Shown here piece after piece: positions 20,224-30,950 of a stretch of DNA of 64,000 nucleotides. Made by a program: the position numbers and the translations under genes. The number at the start of each line of letters is the position of its first letter. Position 1 is the stretch's first letter. The notes below the pieces were generated by a model. The model ran no database searches and was not told where the DNA came from. It was given only the letters and a program-made list of their open reading frames with translations. The stretch lies in contig SMSO01000034.1 in NCBI GenBank assembly GCA_004764695.1, positions 1,178,001-1,242,000 on the forward strand, in the 5' to 3' direction. This stretch comes from Schizochytrium sp. TIO01 (lineage: Eukaryota > Protista > Bigyra: Labyrinthulomycetes).

Positions 20224-23200
20224 AGTAGAAGTTAGTATGATTGCCCCTGGTCCTCGAATCAATTTTAACTCTGTACTTGTTGTCTTCGGACTTCTTATCT
20301 ACTGACGCAACGCAGAGCGGTCTCCTATTCTCATAAGCATCTTTGATAGTTAAAATTTATGAAAACAGAAACAAATGTATCCTTGTGATGGAGCTCAAAC
20401 ATTTGTGAGGTGTTGCAACGATGTTTGCCGGTAATACTATGCACCACTTATAATTATGCAAAAAAAAATCAAAGTTGATGGGGAGTCGCAAAGCTAATGA
20501 GGATCCCCGAATCATCTACAATTCGTTATTCCAACTGTTTTCAGATAACATTTTTATCTTTTGTGGGGTTAGCTTGTGACAATTATGCTTGCACCTCACA
20601 CGGCATCAGAAAACGCAGCTTGCACATTTTCTATTCGCAGCATACGTCAATAACAGAGTCGCCCACAAAGCAGAGAGATTTAATTTTTTACAGGGCTTCC
20701 TGTTTTTCCTATGAGAATAGTTCTCCTTGTTGCTTTTGCTTTCTATCGGAGTTCCATCAAAATCGGGATTTCAAAGTAGTAGCTACGCCAGATTGACGCG
20801 ACTCTGGAATAAAGTTCTCAACTTCTAGACTAAGCGATGAGTATTTCCTAATCAGTGCATGGATGTTATTTTTATTGAGCTGTGAAAGATCGTTCCCAAT
20901 GCCGTGAACGAGTGCAGATCATCTAATTGTATTCCTCACTAATTGTTTATATTTAAGCAATCGGATTTTGTATGTACAACTTTGGTTCCCGGCAAGCTGG
21001 CTGCTTGGAAGTAAACAAACACCCAATTCTCTAAGTAAGGACGTTTTTCTACTTATTTAGGTTATGACGCTGACAGCCAACCCGATGCTACCAAAAACAG
21101 ATACTGGTGCTGCAGTGGACTCAAACCCTACAAGCTGAAATCCATTACAATGTAAAGCACCAGAATATTTATTTTTTAAATGTTCTAGACAACTTTGAAT
21201 AAGGTGGAATTGATCAACGGCTGACCAAATGTTTTTTGTTTTGTTTTTCTGCTTTTGAGCTTGCGGTTTCAAAGCCCAGTTTCAGGGACCTAGCAGTCTA
21301 TTATTCAACCTTTTTGGTCCATTATAAAGTACCTAAGTACTAACACTCAGGAGTATAAGGTCACTCTTGGTTAGCGCACACCCATCAGCCCAAGCAGTCA
21401 AATTACTACTGCTGACATTAATGCTTCTTACTTTCAACTTTCGACTTTAAGTTGAAAACGTGGGTGGTACCTACCTTCCTTCTTTTGATGGAAAGGGCGT
21501 GTATGTTGATGAAAAAGGTTGAAGACATCGCTCCTAGAAACTAACGCCACACGTTCATCGAAAATAGGAAAAGAGGGTCACATGGATGGACGAAAATGAG
21601 CCCAAATTGACCCTTTTAGTTCTCGCACACATTGATGCAACTGGCCCATCATCATGGGAAAGTTGTCACAACTTCAAGTTGCATAAGTGTATCGGCCAAC
21701 TTCAGAAGCCCAAACCCCTGGTATTATGCCAGTATTGGATCTGGGAACCCTTGCACCAAACTCGAGTGCGAACAACTGCGCATTTGCAGTATATTCTAGC
21801 CATCACGATGAGTCATTGGCAAGCGCACTGCCAACAGTAGGCCGCGTTCCTATTGGTTTTGGCAGCACTAGAACAGGAACGAGCGAGCGAGGGAAACTCA
21901 CGAATCACCACCATCCACTCGAGGTAGCTTGAAGAGTTCGAGTAGGCAGCTCAAACAGTAATATTTCGCTCCCAGATGCTGCTCAAAATCTGTGAAATAT
22001 CGCTGTCATTAAGCACTGCACGCATACGTATACTTGAGCCCGCACTTAGCGAGAGAGGAGCATCTTTATTTGTATGATCATTCAACTAATTATATACCTA
22101 CTACCTAGGTACTTCTATGAAATTTCATAGTTGAAATATTCATTCATCATATTGTCTAAGTGTAAGTAGATTAGCTCTGACAATTGGTAATTATATGAGA
22201 CTGCACATATAATCTATAAAATGAGCTTTAAAGTTAAAACATTTTTATTTATTTTTAATATTTACTTATTTGCTCTTCTTAAAAAATAAAAATTATTAAT
22301 AATAAGACAGATATATATAATTTTGGCCTAGTCTACATATGGTGTGTATATAAGTATATGTATTTATACATGCAGAAAATACTGATTGGTTTTTAACACG
22401 AATGTGTCCAGACCACATCCACATGAGTTTCTCGACTTTAAAATGTTTGCAATAGCAAGAACCTTGCGTTCACTCTATCTTTTGATATACTTTTACTACT
22501 CGATCCATTTTCCACCGGGCTACTGAGTAGGGTTCGTGAAATAGTTTGAAATTGAATTTGGATAAATCAATGAATAAATTTCACAATCAGCACATGCCAC
22601 AATGGCCCAGAGCTTGAAGGTTTATTCTCCAGAAATGCTGCGAAAAGATCCTCGTCACAACACAATCCCAGAATTGAGAGCTGGCATTGAGCAAGCCACT
22701 GGATCCCCAGCGTCGCCGTTAGCAAGAGCCCAGAGCAGCGTCGAGACGGGCCATGAGCGTTTCCTCTGGGTTGATTGGACAGTGAGCGTACGCCACTTTC
22801 GAGGCATGTGGTTCGGAGTTTTCGGACTGCTCGACATCATTTTTGTATAAATCAATCCGAGATCCTGCCACATATACTACAGGTGTGTATAGCACCAGCA
22901 GAGCGAACAGTTTTTGGGATCAATTGTGATTCGCAGTGACCAAGGCTCCCATTTTTGTTGGTCGTGATTTTGCTACTCAACCAAGGTTTGTCATTGCACC
23001 CTTGAACACAGGCAAAGTTTTTTAATAGGTTTTCTTTTTTAATTTTTTTTAAATAAAAAATATTAATATAATCATTGTCATCATTGGGGGTCTTCATGAG
23101 ATCTACAAAGATTGCTGTGGCAATCCCAAACGCGATTGCATTGGGACGGCCAACTTTAGTGTTAGAAAGCACTAAAGCTACCCACTCGCTTCAGCCTGTG

Positions 23201-23683
23201 CAGACTAGGTCGACCTTAGACTGAGTTACCCATCGATCGTAGCCTAAATGTAAGACTGCAAACTACAAGGACATACACAAGTAGCAGCCTGCTAGAAGTA
23301 TCGACAGCGTTGTTCATATCGTGTGTGGTCTCGTGGCAACGTTGCATCGATTTGCTCAGCTCCGTATCTTCAGAATTTCGAGTTTAAGATCAAGCTGGCC
23401 GCCGGCTCGCGCAGATCTAGAGAAGGTACAAAGTAGGTACTGCCTTTTCGTTAGGTGCAAGTACAGCCGAGAAACATTCGTACTTCAACCTGGTGCGTTC
23501 TGAGTCGACATTTTCGCGCGTTATTCCAATTATTTCGGTTCCAAGACTGCGTTGCAGCATCCCTCTGCAGCTGCAGTTCTCTTGTTTGAAGTTCATCCAA
23601 CCCCTTTCCATTTTGCTATTGCAAACGCAGGATCAAACAAATGTATATGACTTAGCTTTTGCCCTCACCCACCCAACCACTTG

Positions 23684-23724
23684 CTCACTCGCTCACTCAA
23701 TCACTCAATCACTCAATCACTCAC
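23684..23724. repeat. (CACT/CAAT)n compound microsatellite
   Basis: Directly visible. Confidence 0.8.
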
Positions 23725-23941
23725 CCAAGACCATTCCACGCCGCCGGGGCACAAAGCTTCAACTATGCTATGTTGTCCTCCATCCACATTCGCACACATC
23801 TCTGCATCTGCCATTTGTTGACATTCATTTACTCATCGATTCATCGGTTGCTATTGCGAGAGGTGCTTGCTTCTTCCTAGCTCGTTCACACATTGCACGA
23901 GCCTAAGAGTAAACAAATAACCCAACAAATACCAGAACGAG

Positions 23942-24030
23942 CAACAATCAATCAAACAAATAAACAAACAAACAAACAAACAAACAAACAAACAAACAAG
24001 CAAGCAAGCAAGCAAGCAATCAAACAAACT
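23942..24030. repeat. (AAAC)n-(AAGC)n compound microsatellite
   Basis: Directly visible; it explains the spurious LFVCLFVC ORF. Confidence 0.92.
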
Positions 24031-24544
24031 CAAATCGAGACTCGGCCCACTAGCGAGCGAGCTAGCTAGGTTGGCCAGCTGGGTGGAAAGCAAGCAGCAA
24101 AAACGGGCCACAGCGAGTGGCGTGACGTCAACTACGTGAACTCAAGAGTCTCTTGAAACGTGCAGTGGAGACGAGCACGTGCAGAAAAGCATCGGTAATT
24201 GCAGAGCAATCAGAAAAAAGAAAAGAAAAGAAAAACCAAACAAATAAATAAACAAACCATTAAACAAAACTGTGCGGAGGAGATAAGGGCGCAAAAGCTC
24301 AGAAGAGCCGAGGACGCGCTATACCGTGAGACCAAAGTGGGTCTGGAGGAGTCACAAGTCGCGGAAACTTTATCTTTGCAGGCTCGCCTTTGCTCTTCTC
24401 CTTTTTCTGTTTTTACTTCTATCTCTTCTTCGTTCTGCTTTTTGGCGGTGTGTTAGTTTTAGTTTGCTCGTGCACAACCTGAGCAGGTAGGAGCGGACGG
24501 GTCCAAGGTAGTAAGTAAAATCCTTTGTTGAAACAAAAGGTACC

Positions 24545-25696
24545 ATGGGCACGAGCCACTCGAGGTCGAGGAGACCTTCGTTGAAGGTTGGAATGCAAAA
24601 GGCCCACGATATACTTGCCAAGCGCAAGAGCAGAAGCAGGCGTCGGAGTACACCTATTCTGAAAATGCACCCGCCGAACTCGGCACCCCCCAGTGCGGCA
24701 GTCGTGACGCTTGAGGATGCACTTAACAAGGCACATGTAGAGTTTTCAGAATTAAGTCCAGACGATGCCTCATTTACATACATTGACCAAATTACCGGAA
24801 CCAAAACATGGATGAACATTATGGATGCTTCATCGCGAATTCAGTTAAACTCAAGAAAGAAATTGCATCATCCGCAACGGCTCAAACTCTTGAGCAGCTT
24901 ACCAAATTCAATACCACGTTGCCATCGGCCGACCGTAAAGATTTTCCTCTCATCTACATTTATGGACACCCAGGTGGAACGTGATGCATTTCTCATGAGT
25001 GTGGATAGAATCTTACAAAAACTTGCATTGGCCCTGGATTGTGACTACGAAACGATCGAGATCCGCCCAGTTATGAGCTCTGATGCGTCAGACCAAGCAT
25101 ACACAAAGGAAGACATCTACCTTCGTATTATTGACAGGGCCTCAGAAGATAGTGATGCGTTAAGTTTTCTTTACATTAGCACAGACAAATTTGGATTCTG
25201 TATTCTTCCTGAGCGCATCTCATCACATGATATGCACAAACTACTCGATCTGGCCGATAATAATGCCCGAAAAATTCTTTTGCGTGCTTATCAAGAAGAC
25301 ACTAATGTTCTTCAAGACGGGGGTTCTTTCATACTTCAAGCAACAGATAGCTCGGAGTTCGATGCTGACCATGTACTACAAGTTCTAAAGAACACTGCAA
25401 TGAAAGCAGGGATGGATACCATGGTAGAGAACCTCAATAAGTCTGTGACGTTTCGCGAAGTTGAAGCCGGCATCATTGGTAAGCCAGATGCAGAACAGAA
25501 AGCATTTTGTTTCATTCGGAACCTCACAAACGTAGACCTTGATGATTCTGGATATTTTGATCATGAAACCGAACAAGTAGAGCGCCTACGGGATCTGGTT
25601 CGCGAAAACTTGACCGGCAGTCGGATTGATTATTACCGCATAGACTACCGGGATTTTCTAGAAGATGCTGATACTGCAGCCGGAGGCAGTAACTGA
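24545..25696 (+). CDS. N-terminal part (DUF4062-like domain) of an NWD1/2-type STAND protein; frameshifted into the next ORF
   Basis: VKIFLSSTFMDTQVERDAF, DKFG..LP.RI, Y.EDTN..F.LQ, SVT.REV.AGI and AFCFIRNL match the N-terminal region of NWD1/2-like NACHT proteins. Begins MGTSHS plus a basic tract. Confidence 0.8.
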   Translation: MGTSHSRSRRPSLKVGMQKAHDILAKRKSRSRRRSTPILKMHPPNSAPPSAAVVTLEDALNKAHVEFSELSPDDASFTYIDQITGTKTWMNIMDASSRIQLNSRKKLHHPQRLKLLSSLPNSIPRCHRPTVKIFLSSTFMDTQVERDAFLMSVDRILQKLALALDCDYETIEIRPVMSSDASDQAYTKEDIYLRIIDRASEDSDALSFLYISTDKFGFCILPERISSHDMHKLLDLADNNARKILLRAYQEDTNVLQDGGSFILQATDSSEFDADHVLQVLKNTAMKAGMDTMVENLNKSVTFREVEAGIIGKPDAEQKAFCFIRNLTNVDLDDSGYFDHETEQVERLRDLVRENLTGSRIDYYRIDYRDFLEDADTAAGGSN

Positions 25697-28600
25697 TTTT
25701 CTTCAAAAGGCATTCGTTGTTGGCGCCGCCAGTCTTCTTGATGCAGCAACGTCGGTCAGATATGTACAAGATCCCCTTCTCCGCGAATGTGCGATGCATG
25801 CAGAAGTAGCAATCAATCTTCGAGAAAATGTGCTTCGCACTGAAGCTATAGATGAAATCATCGGTCAGGTGCATGATAATATCGTTGAGTCAACGCAGGG
25901 CCACATTATTGGATTGAAGAGCCCTCGTGGATCTGGCAAGAGCACGTTTCTTGCTCTTCTTCTTGATTCAATCAAACTTTCACAGGAATCCCAAGAGGAG
26001 AAAGTATTCATTGTGTATCGTCACATTGCCACATATAAAGGAGACTCTTGCGCGTTCATGCTCTCAGTAGCTCGCCAGCTCAATGCGCTCAAGGCCGAAC
26101 TTGGGCAACATCACTCCGCGGCGCTAGAGAACTTGGACGAAGACCAGGTATGCTCATGGAACGATGCCCGTGCTCGTTATTTTGCCGCAATTAAGGGTTT
26201 AAAACCCAATTCGCTTATTTTGGCTTTTGATGGCCTCGACGAATTGGACCAGCCATCAGCTAGATTCATTCCTCCAATGGAAGGCCAGACTTTGGTATTT
26301 ACTGCGTCAGAGATTGAGGAAATTCCCGTAAGAATTGACTGGCATGACTTAACCGAGACCTTGACCAGCGATACCTTCTCCGCAGCTCTCTTTCAGCATC
26401 TTCTCGCAGCATCGGGTCGTCAGCTCACGGGCGAGCAAGCTGCAAACGTCTCACTCAACCTCGAAAACAACCCGATGGAATGGTGCATTACTCGCACTCG
26501 GGCCCTTGCAGAACTTGCAACACGATGGCCTTCATGGTACGACTCAACTATGGCAGCGGAGCTTGATCCGATTATTGGCATATTCGAATACGTCGAAAGG
26601 TGCCACAGTGAAGAGATGGTTGGCGTGTTGTCCTCACTGTTGTATGTCTCTCGTTACGGTCTTAGTAAAGCTGAGCTTATCGATATACTCAGCCTCGACG
26701 ACATTGCTCTCGGCTCTATTGCCCAGCCTTGGACTCGCCCCGTCCGTCGCTGCCCACTTATAGTTGTAGAGCATATCCTGGAGATTTTCCATCCATTCCT
26801 ACTTGAAAATGCGCCCTTCTCATTCTCTGGCGCACGACTTCTATCTTGGAAGTCCTCACGTTTTGCTGAAGCTGTTGAGTCAAGATACATGCGCCGGGCG
26901 GACTTCAGGTTTTCGGAGAAGCGTATGCGCCAGCTTCTAGTGGACTATTTCTCAGGCAAATACATTGAAGGTAAAGAATACAACGGGAAGACACAAGATC
27001 GACTTTTGCGAAACCAAGCACTTGTGTACCGTGACTATGGTGCAGAGTCCTACAATCTTCGACACGCAAGTGAACTTCCGTATCAACTTCTTATGATTGA
27101 AGACTGGGAAACCTTCGTAAAGCATCATGGTAATGTTGAAATGGCCCATGCTCAAGAGCTTATCTCTGGACCGTCACAAGACGAAATCATTTCGCTGACG
27201 AACGAGTACCTACAACGATGCAATACTGGCACATATGAAGATGCGAAAAAGGCCTTGGTAGAGTCTTATTTTAGTTCTATTGAAGACGAAACGTCTTTCG
27301 ACGCGATTGAAAGACTGACCGTTTTTTTTACGCGAATGTCGTGGTTTGATGCTGCTCGGCGGGCACAAGAACCCGTTTTAGCCCAGCGGGAGCTTGTCGA
27401 AGCTGATTCGTACGAGCATGTTGAGTCAATGTTCAATTCTTTTAAGATAAGCTATCGTCAAAATTTGCGAACGCCAACTGTACTTCAAAGTGGAACAGAG
27501 AATATCATGCGCTTAGAGATGTTACTTAAGCAAGAAGAGGGACCATTGCCCAAACAAATGAAGCTCTTAGCAGATATGAAATCAACTCAAGCTGCAGTGC
27601 TTCTGCAATCTGGACGTGCTTTCCGACGTGAGCAAAAGGACGCCCAGGCCAATGAAGCCTTTTCAAAATCCCTCGAGCTCCGCCTTTCCTCACTAGAGAT
27701 GTACAAACAACTCTTTGGAATGGATCATATTGATACAGCAAAAGCCTTGGCTGCACTTTCCTCTACTTATCGTGAAATCGGCGAATATGAGAAAGCTCTT
27801 GAAAGCGCCGAAACCTGCTTGCGCATTCGCGAGTTGGTCTTGGCAAGCAACGATCCATTGATTGCTTTAACCCTTGAAATTGTTCACAAGGCAATTGTGC
27901 GAGCGCATGGCATAGACAACGCCAAAGATGACCTTTTGACACAAGCTTTCAGTATCATTAAGAGTTATTATGGTGATGTGCATCCTCGAGTTGCACAAAT
28001 TGCCAAAACAATTGGTATGTTCTATGCGTCCATGGGTCGAAACAGTGAAGCATGGGAGGTTTTATTATATGCCGCGACTTTGTACAGCGAGCTGAAAACA
28101 CCAGAGTTTGAAGGACAAACTCACCCTTCTGTGACCCCTGAAAAGGAGCTTATGAATATTGTTAAATACCTCGCAACACTTCGTAACGAAAGGTATGAAA
28201 GCTCTAACACAGAAAGTACAGACCTCTTTGTAGATTGGCTTGCAAAAGCAGAACTTTCAGAGTCTGTTGAGCTCGCGGTTGCTGAAGCAAGCGGCTCTAG
28301 TTATATCTTCCTAGCTGCTCTTTTATCTTTGGACGATTCACCAAAGGGCGAGCCTCTAGATATGGTCGGACTAGTTGAAAGTTTCTCATCGTCTCAAATT
28401 AGACCTACCGAGGCTTCTACGCCTTCACATACACGTCTCAATCTATTACTTAGTGAGGCTGGGGCTGAGGTCCTCCCTGACTCAACCATCAATACACTCT
28501 TTGAGGCAATGCCACTCCCTCGAGCAGAGATGAACTCGAATGGAGAGGAGCGCATCCTTGTTGTTTCAACTTGTGGTACAGTTCTTGAATCAAATGGACA

Positions 28601-29198
28601 ACAATTGATGGCACAACCTCATATCGATTTTACCGTCAAATCATTAGCACAACTCTTCGGTGGATCGAGTTTGACTTGGGATATGGTTGAGATCGCACGC
28701 TCCGAATACACAATGGTGCCTCATCCGAAGGGGTTGGACCCCAACTGCTTCCCGGCTAACATTTTAGAGAGCTCTCCATTTTATCCCACTCTGGTTGAAT
28801 GGAATGAAGAGTTTCACCGTGCAGCAGTTCTAGTTTGCCACGGCCACCCAAACTGGTCTGAGTCGAACACCGGAACCCGTGGTGCAATCGGGATCAATAT
28901 GGACTCTTTCTCAAAATATCACCCTGAAAAGAGTGAGAAGCTACAAAGCCAACTCTTGGAAGCTTTCCAAGATAGCTTCGGCGTAGGTTGGGCATTCGAA
29001 TGTTTTAGCGATTCTCCCAGACCTTCTGGAACCTCTTCTTTAACAACTCAATACCTTTCTCTGGGTAGTGAGGAGGCAATTGCTGTTGATCTTCACTTCT
29101 CACAATTGTTCTGTGAATATCTCATTGTGGACGCCAGTATGCGCGATGCCTTAGCCGATGCCGTTCTCTCGGTTCTTGGACTTCACTGCGCTCCATGA
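25665..29198 (+). CDS. NACHT/STAND NTPase + TPR repeats + C-terminal degenerate hydrolase-like domain (C-terminal part of the same gene)
   Basis: Walker A SPRGSGKST, Walker B ILAFDGLDELD, GLSKAELIDILSLDD..PVRRCP, DYFSG..YNLR..ELP, and TPR_12-like repeats (LFGMDHIDTAKALAALSSTYREIGEYEKAL; YGDVHPRVA). Confidence 0.88.
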   Translation: MLILQPEAVTDFLQKAFVVGAASLLDAATSVRYVQDPLLRECAMHAEVAINLRENVLRTEAIDEIIGQVHDNIVESTQGHIIGLKSPRGSGKSTFLALLLDSIKLSQESQEEKVFIVYRHIATYKGDSCAFMLSVARQLNALKAELGQHHSAALENLDEDQVCSWNDARARYFAAIKGLKPNSLILAFDGLDELDQPSARFIPPMEGQTLVFTASEIEEIPVRIDWHDLTETLTSDTFSAALFQHLLAASGRQLTGEQAANVSLNLENNPMEWCITRTRALAELATRWPSWYDSTMAAELDPIIGIFEYVERCHSEEMVGVLSSLLYVSRYGLSKAELIDILSLDDIALGSIAQPWTRPVRRCPLIVVEHILEIFHPFLLENAPFSFSGARLLSWKSSRFAEAVESRYMRRADFRFSEKRMRQLLVDYFSGKYIEGKEYNGKTQDRLLRNQALVYRDYGAESYNLRHASELPYQLLMIEDWETFVKHHGNVEMAHAQELISGPSQDEIISLTNEYLQRCNTGTYEDAKKALVESYFSSIEDETSFDAIERLTVFFTRMSWFDAARRAQEPVLAQRELVEADSYEHVESMFNSFKISYRQNLRTPTVLQSGTENIMRLEMLLKQEEGPLPKQMKLLADMKSTQAAVLLQSGRAFRREQKDAQANEAFSKSLELRLSSLEMYKQLFGMDHIDTAKALAALSSTYREIGEYEKALESAETCLRIRELVLASNDPLIALTLEIVHKAIVRAHGIDNAKDDLLTQAFSIIKSYYGDVHPRVAQIAKTIGMFYASMGRNSEAWEVLLYAATLYSELKTPEFEGQTHPSVTPEKELMNIVKYLATLRNERYESSNTESTDLFVDWLAKAELSESVELAVAEASGSSYIFLAALLSLDDSPKGEPLDMVGLVESFSSSQIRPTEASTPSHTRLNLLLSEAGAEVLPDSTINTLFEAMPLPRAEMNSNGEERILVVSTCGTVLESNGQQLMAQPHIDFTVKSLAQLFGGSSLTWDMVEIARSEYTMVPHPKGLDPNCFPANILESSPFYPTLVEWNEEFHRAAVLVCHGHPNWSESNTGTRGAIGINMDSFSKYHPEKSEKLQSQLLEAFQDSFGVGWAFECFSDSPRPSGTSSLTTQYLSLGSEEAIAVDLHFSQLFCEYLIVDASMRDALADAVLSVLGLHCAP

Positions 29199-29599
29199 AT
29201 ATGATCATATACTGCCTGTTTATGTTTTTGTCATTTTAGTTTGAAAAAATATCCTTAGTTTGTTTTCTATTCATTCATTTCATCGTTTTGTTCACTGAGG
29301 CGCTCACCCCAACTTGTGATAGCTCTTACATTGTGCTACATGGTCTATTCGCGATACCCTAATCGATTCTGACGTACTGAAGATGCTCGCGCTGTTTTTC
29401 TGGTCTCATGAAAATGCACCCTTACTCCTCTCTTCGAAGCTGTAAACAGTAGAAAAATAGAGCTTGCTCAAGAACTTGGCTAAGTTCTTTGGGAAAAAGC
29501 TTCAACTTTAAATGTACGCTTCTGCAGTCCTAGCAAGAGGCTCTATGACAGTACTCATACCTCCTATCTTCTCTGCTTATGAGATGCTTACCCTTGGCT

Positions 29600-29725
29600 T
29601 GCAATGTATGCAATGTATGCAATGTATGCAATGTATGCAATGTATGCAATGTATGCAATGTATGCAATGTATGCAATGTATGCAATGTATGCAATGTATG
29701 CAATGTATGCAATGTATGCAATGTA
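29600..29725. repeat. Perfect 9-bp minisatellite (TGCAATGTA) x14
   Basis: 126 bp, counted directly. Confidence 0.97.
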
Positions 29726-30020
29726 CAGGTAAGCAAATTGCTTTACAAAACGAAAAGAGAAAGAGAAAGAAATAAAAGAAACACGGCTCTACTACTAGTG
29801 CTAGGTACCCTACTAGGTGCCTTCTCGATGCTGCTCTAAATCTATTACTTGCAACACTCCTGCTATAAAAGTCAAAACAAGTAGCAAACAAACAAGCGAC
29901 TTGACCAGAGAAGATCCTAGCTTTGGCTTCCTGATCTCAGTTGCTTTGAAACTTTGATTGGCACCTTGATCTCCTCCTCCTCCTCTTCCTCGAGTGTGCT
30001 GTCTGCTTCAGCCCTCCGTA

Positions 30021-30950
30021 ATGTCTCTCAACTCGTCGTCCTCACAGCCATTTTCGTTCATCCGTGAGCGATGCTCCAACCTACGCGAGGGCGCTCTTGC
30101 CTCTCTTCACAACGCTGAAGATTTATGCTCTAGCTGCTGCGAACCAATCGCGGCTCGCACAAGTTCAATGTGCACCGGATGTTGCTCGTGTCGCCCGAAG
30201 CGATTGTGCCGAAAGCTGTGCGGGTCGTGCAGGTCGTGGTCGTGGTGCGGGTTTGGCAGCGAGGGAGCGAGTCCCGGCAGCGAGGACGGCGTGACCCCGA
30301 GGTCGGGAAGGAGCAGAACGCTCTCGTCATGGTCATCGAGTCCCGTGGGACTTCGAGGTCTTCAAGAAAGACTTGTCACTGTGTCAGTACCGCAAGTGGA
30401 TGTACAGAGGAAGATTGTGGTGCTGGGATTTCGAGGAGTTGGCAAGTCGGCGCTGATTGCGAGATTTGTGGAGGACCAGTTTGTGGATGCGTATGAGCCT
30501 ACGATCGAGTACACCTTCAGAACAACATTGCTAAGGAACCATGTCAGATTTACATGTGATATTCTCGATACTGCAGCGCAGGACGAGTACTCCACGCTGT
30601 CTCGACAGGCTTCGGTTGGTGTGCATGGGTATATTCTTGTCTATAGCACCGTGTCGAGAACATCGTTTGAGAACGTGAAGCATATTCATGACAAGCTTTT
30701 GAGAGTAATTGGAGGTCAGACCATTCCAATGATACTTGTGGCAACCAAAAGTGACCTAGATGAGTACAGAGAAGTGTCTGATGAGGAGGGAAAGCAGGTC
30801 GCCGCGGCCTGGGGGTACCCATTTGTGGCGTGCTCTGCGAAGCGAAACTGGAATGTGGAGCAAGTTTTCACCAAGCTCCTGCACGAAGTTGAGCGTGACT
30901 CCGGTTTACTTGCTGAGGAGGAGGAGGAACCTACATGTACGATTTTGTAA
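30021..30950 (+). CDS. RHEB: Rheb-like small GTPase with Cys-rich N-terminal extension
   Basis: RKIVVLGFRGVGKS (Arg at the Ras G12 position, typical of Rheb), YEPTIEYTF, DTAAQDEYS, GVHGYILVYS, TKSDL, CSAK and CaaX CTIL. ATG at 30021. Confidence 0.88.
   Translation: MSLNSSSSQPFSFIRERCSNLREGALASLHNAEDLCSSCCEPIAARTSSMCTGCCSCRPKRLCRKLCGSCRSWSWCGFGSEGASPGSEDGVTPRSGRSRTLSSWSSSPVGLRGLQERLVTVSVPQVDVQRKIVVLGFRGVGKSALIARFVEDQFVDAYEPTIEYTFRTTLLRNHVRFTCDILDTAAQDEYSTLSRQASVGVHGYILVYSTVSRTSFENVKHIHDKLLRVIGGQTIPMILVATKSDLDEYREVSDEEGKQVAAAWGYPFVACSAKRNWNVEQVFTKLLHEVERDSGLLAEEEEEPTCTIL

Noticed and set aside
21500-23200. Short ORFs and coding-like fragments between the ATP-grasp and NACHT genes
   Set aside because: No recognisable motif in the frames examined, so no product can be supported.
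25689-25709. Micro-intron GT..AG as a fix for the NACHT frameshift
   Set aside because: It is 21 nt, a multiple of three, so it does not move into the downstream frame.
29512-29891. ORFs with CMQ, CNV, HTL and CIH repeats that look metallothionein-like
   Set aside because: All are translations of the 9-bp minisatellite in different frames.
14644-30950. A TOR-pathway gene cluster (PDK1-like/CPPED1-like plus Rheb)
   Set aside because: The genes are more than 12 kb apart with unrelated genes between them, and no shared regulation is visible.
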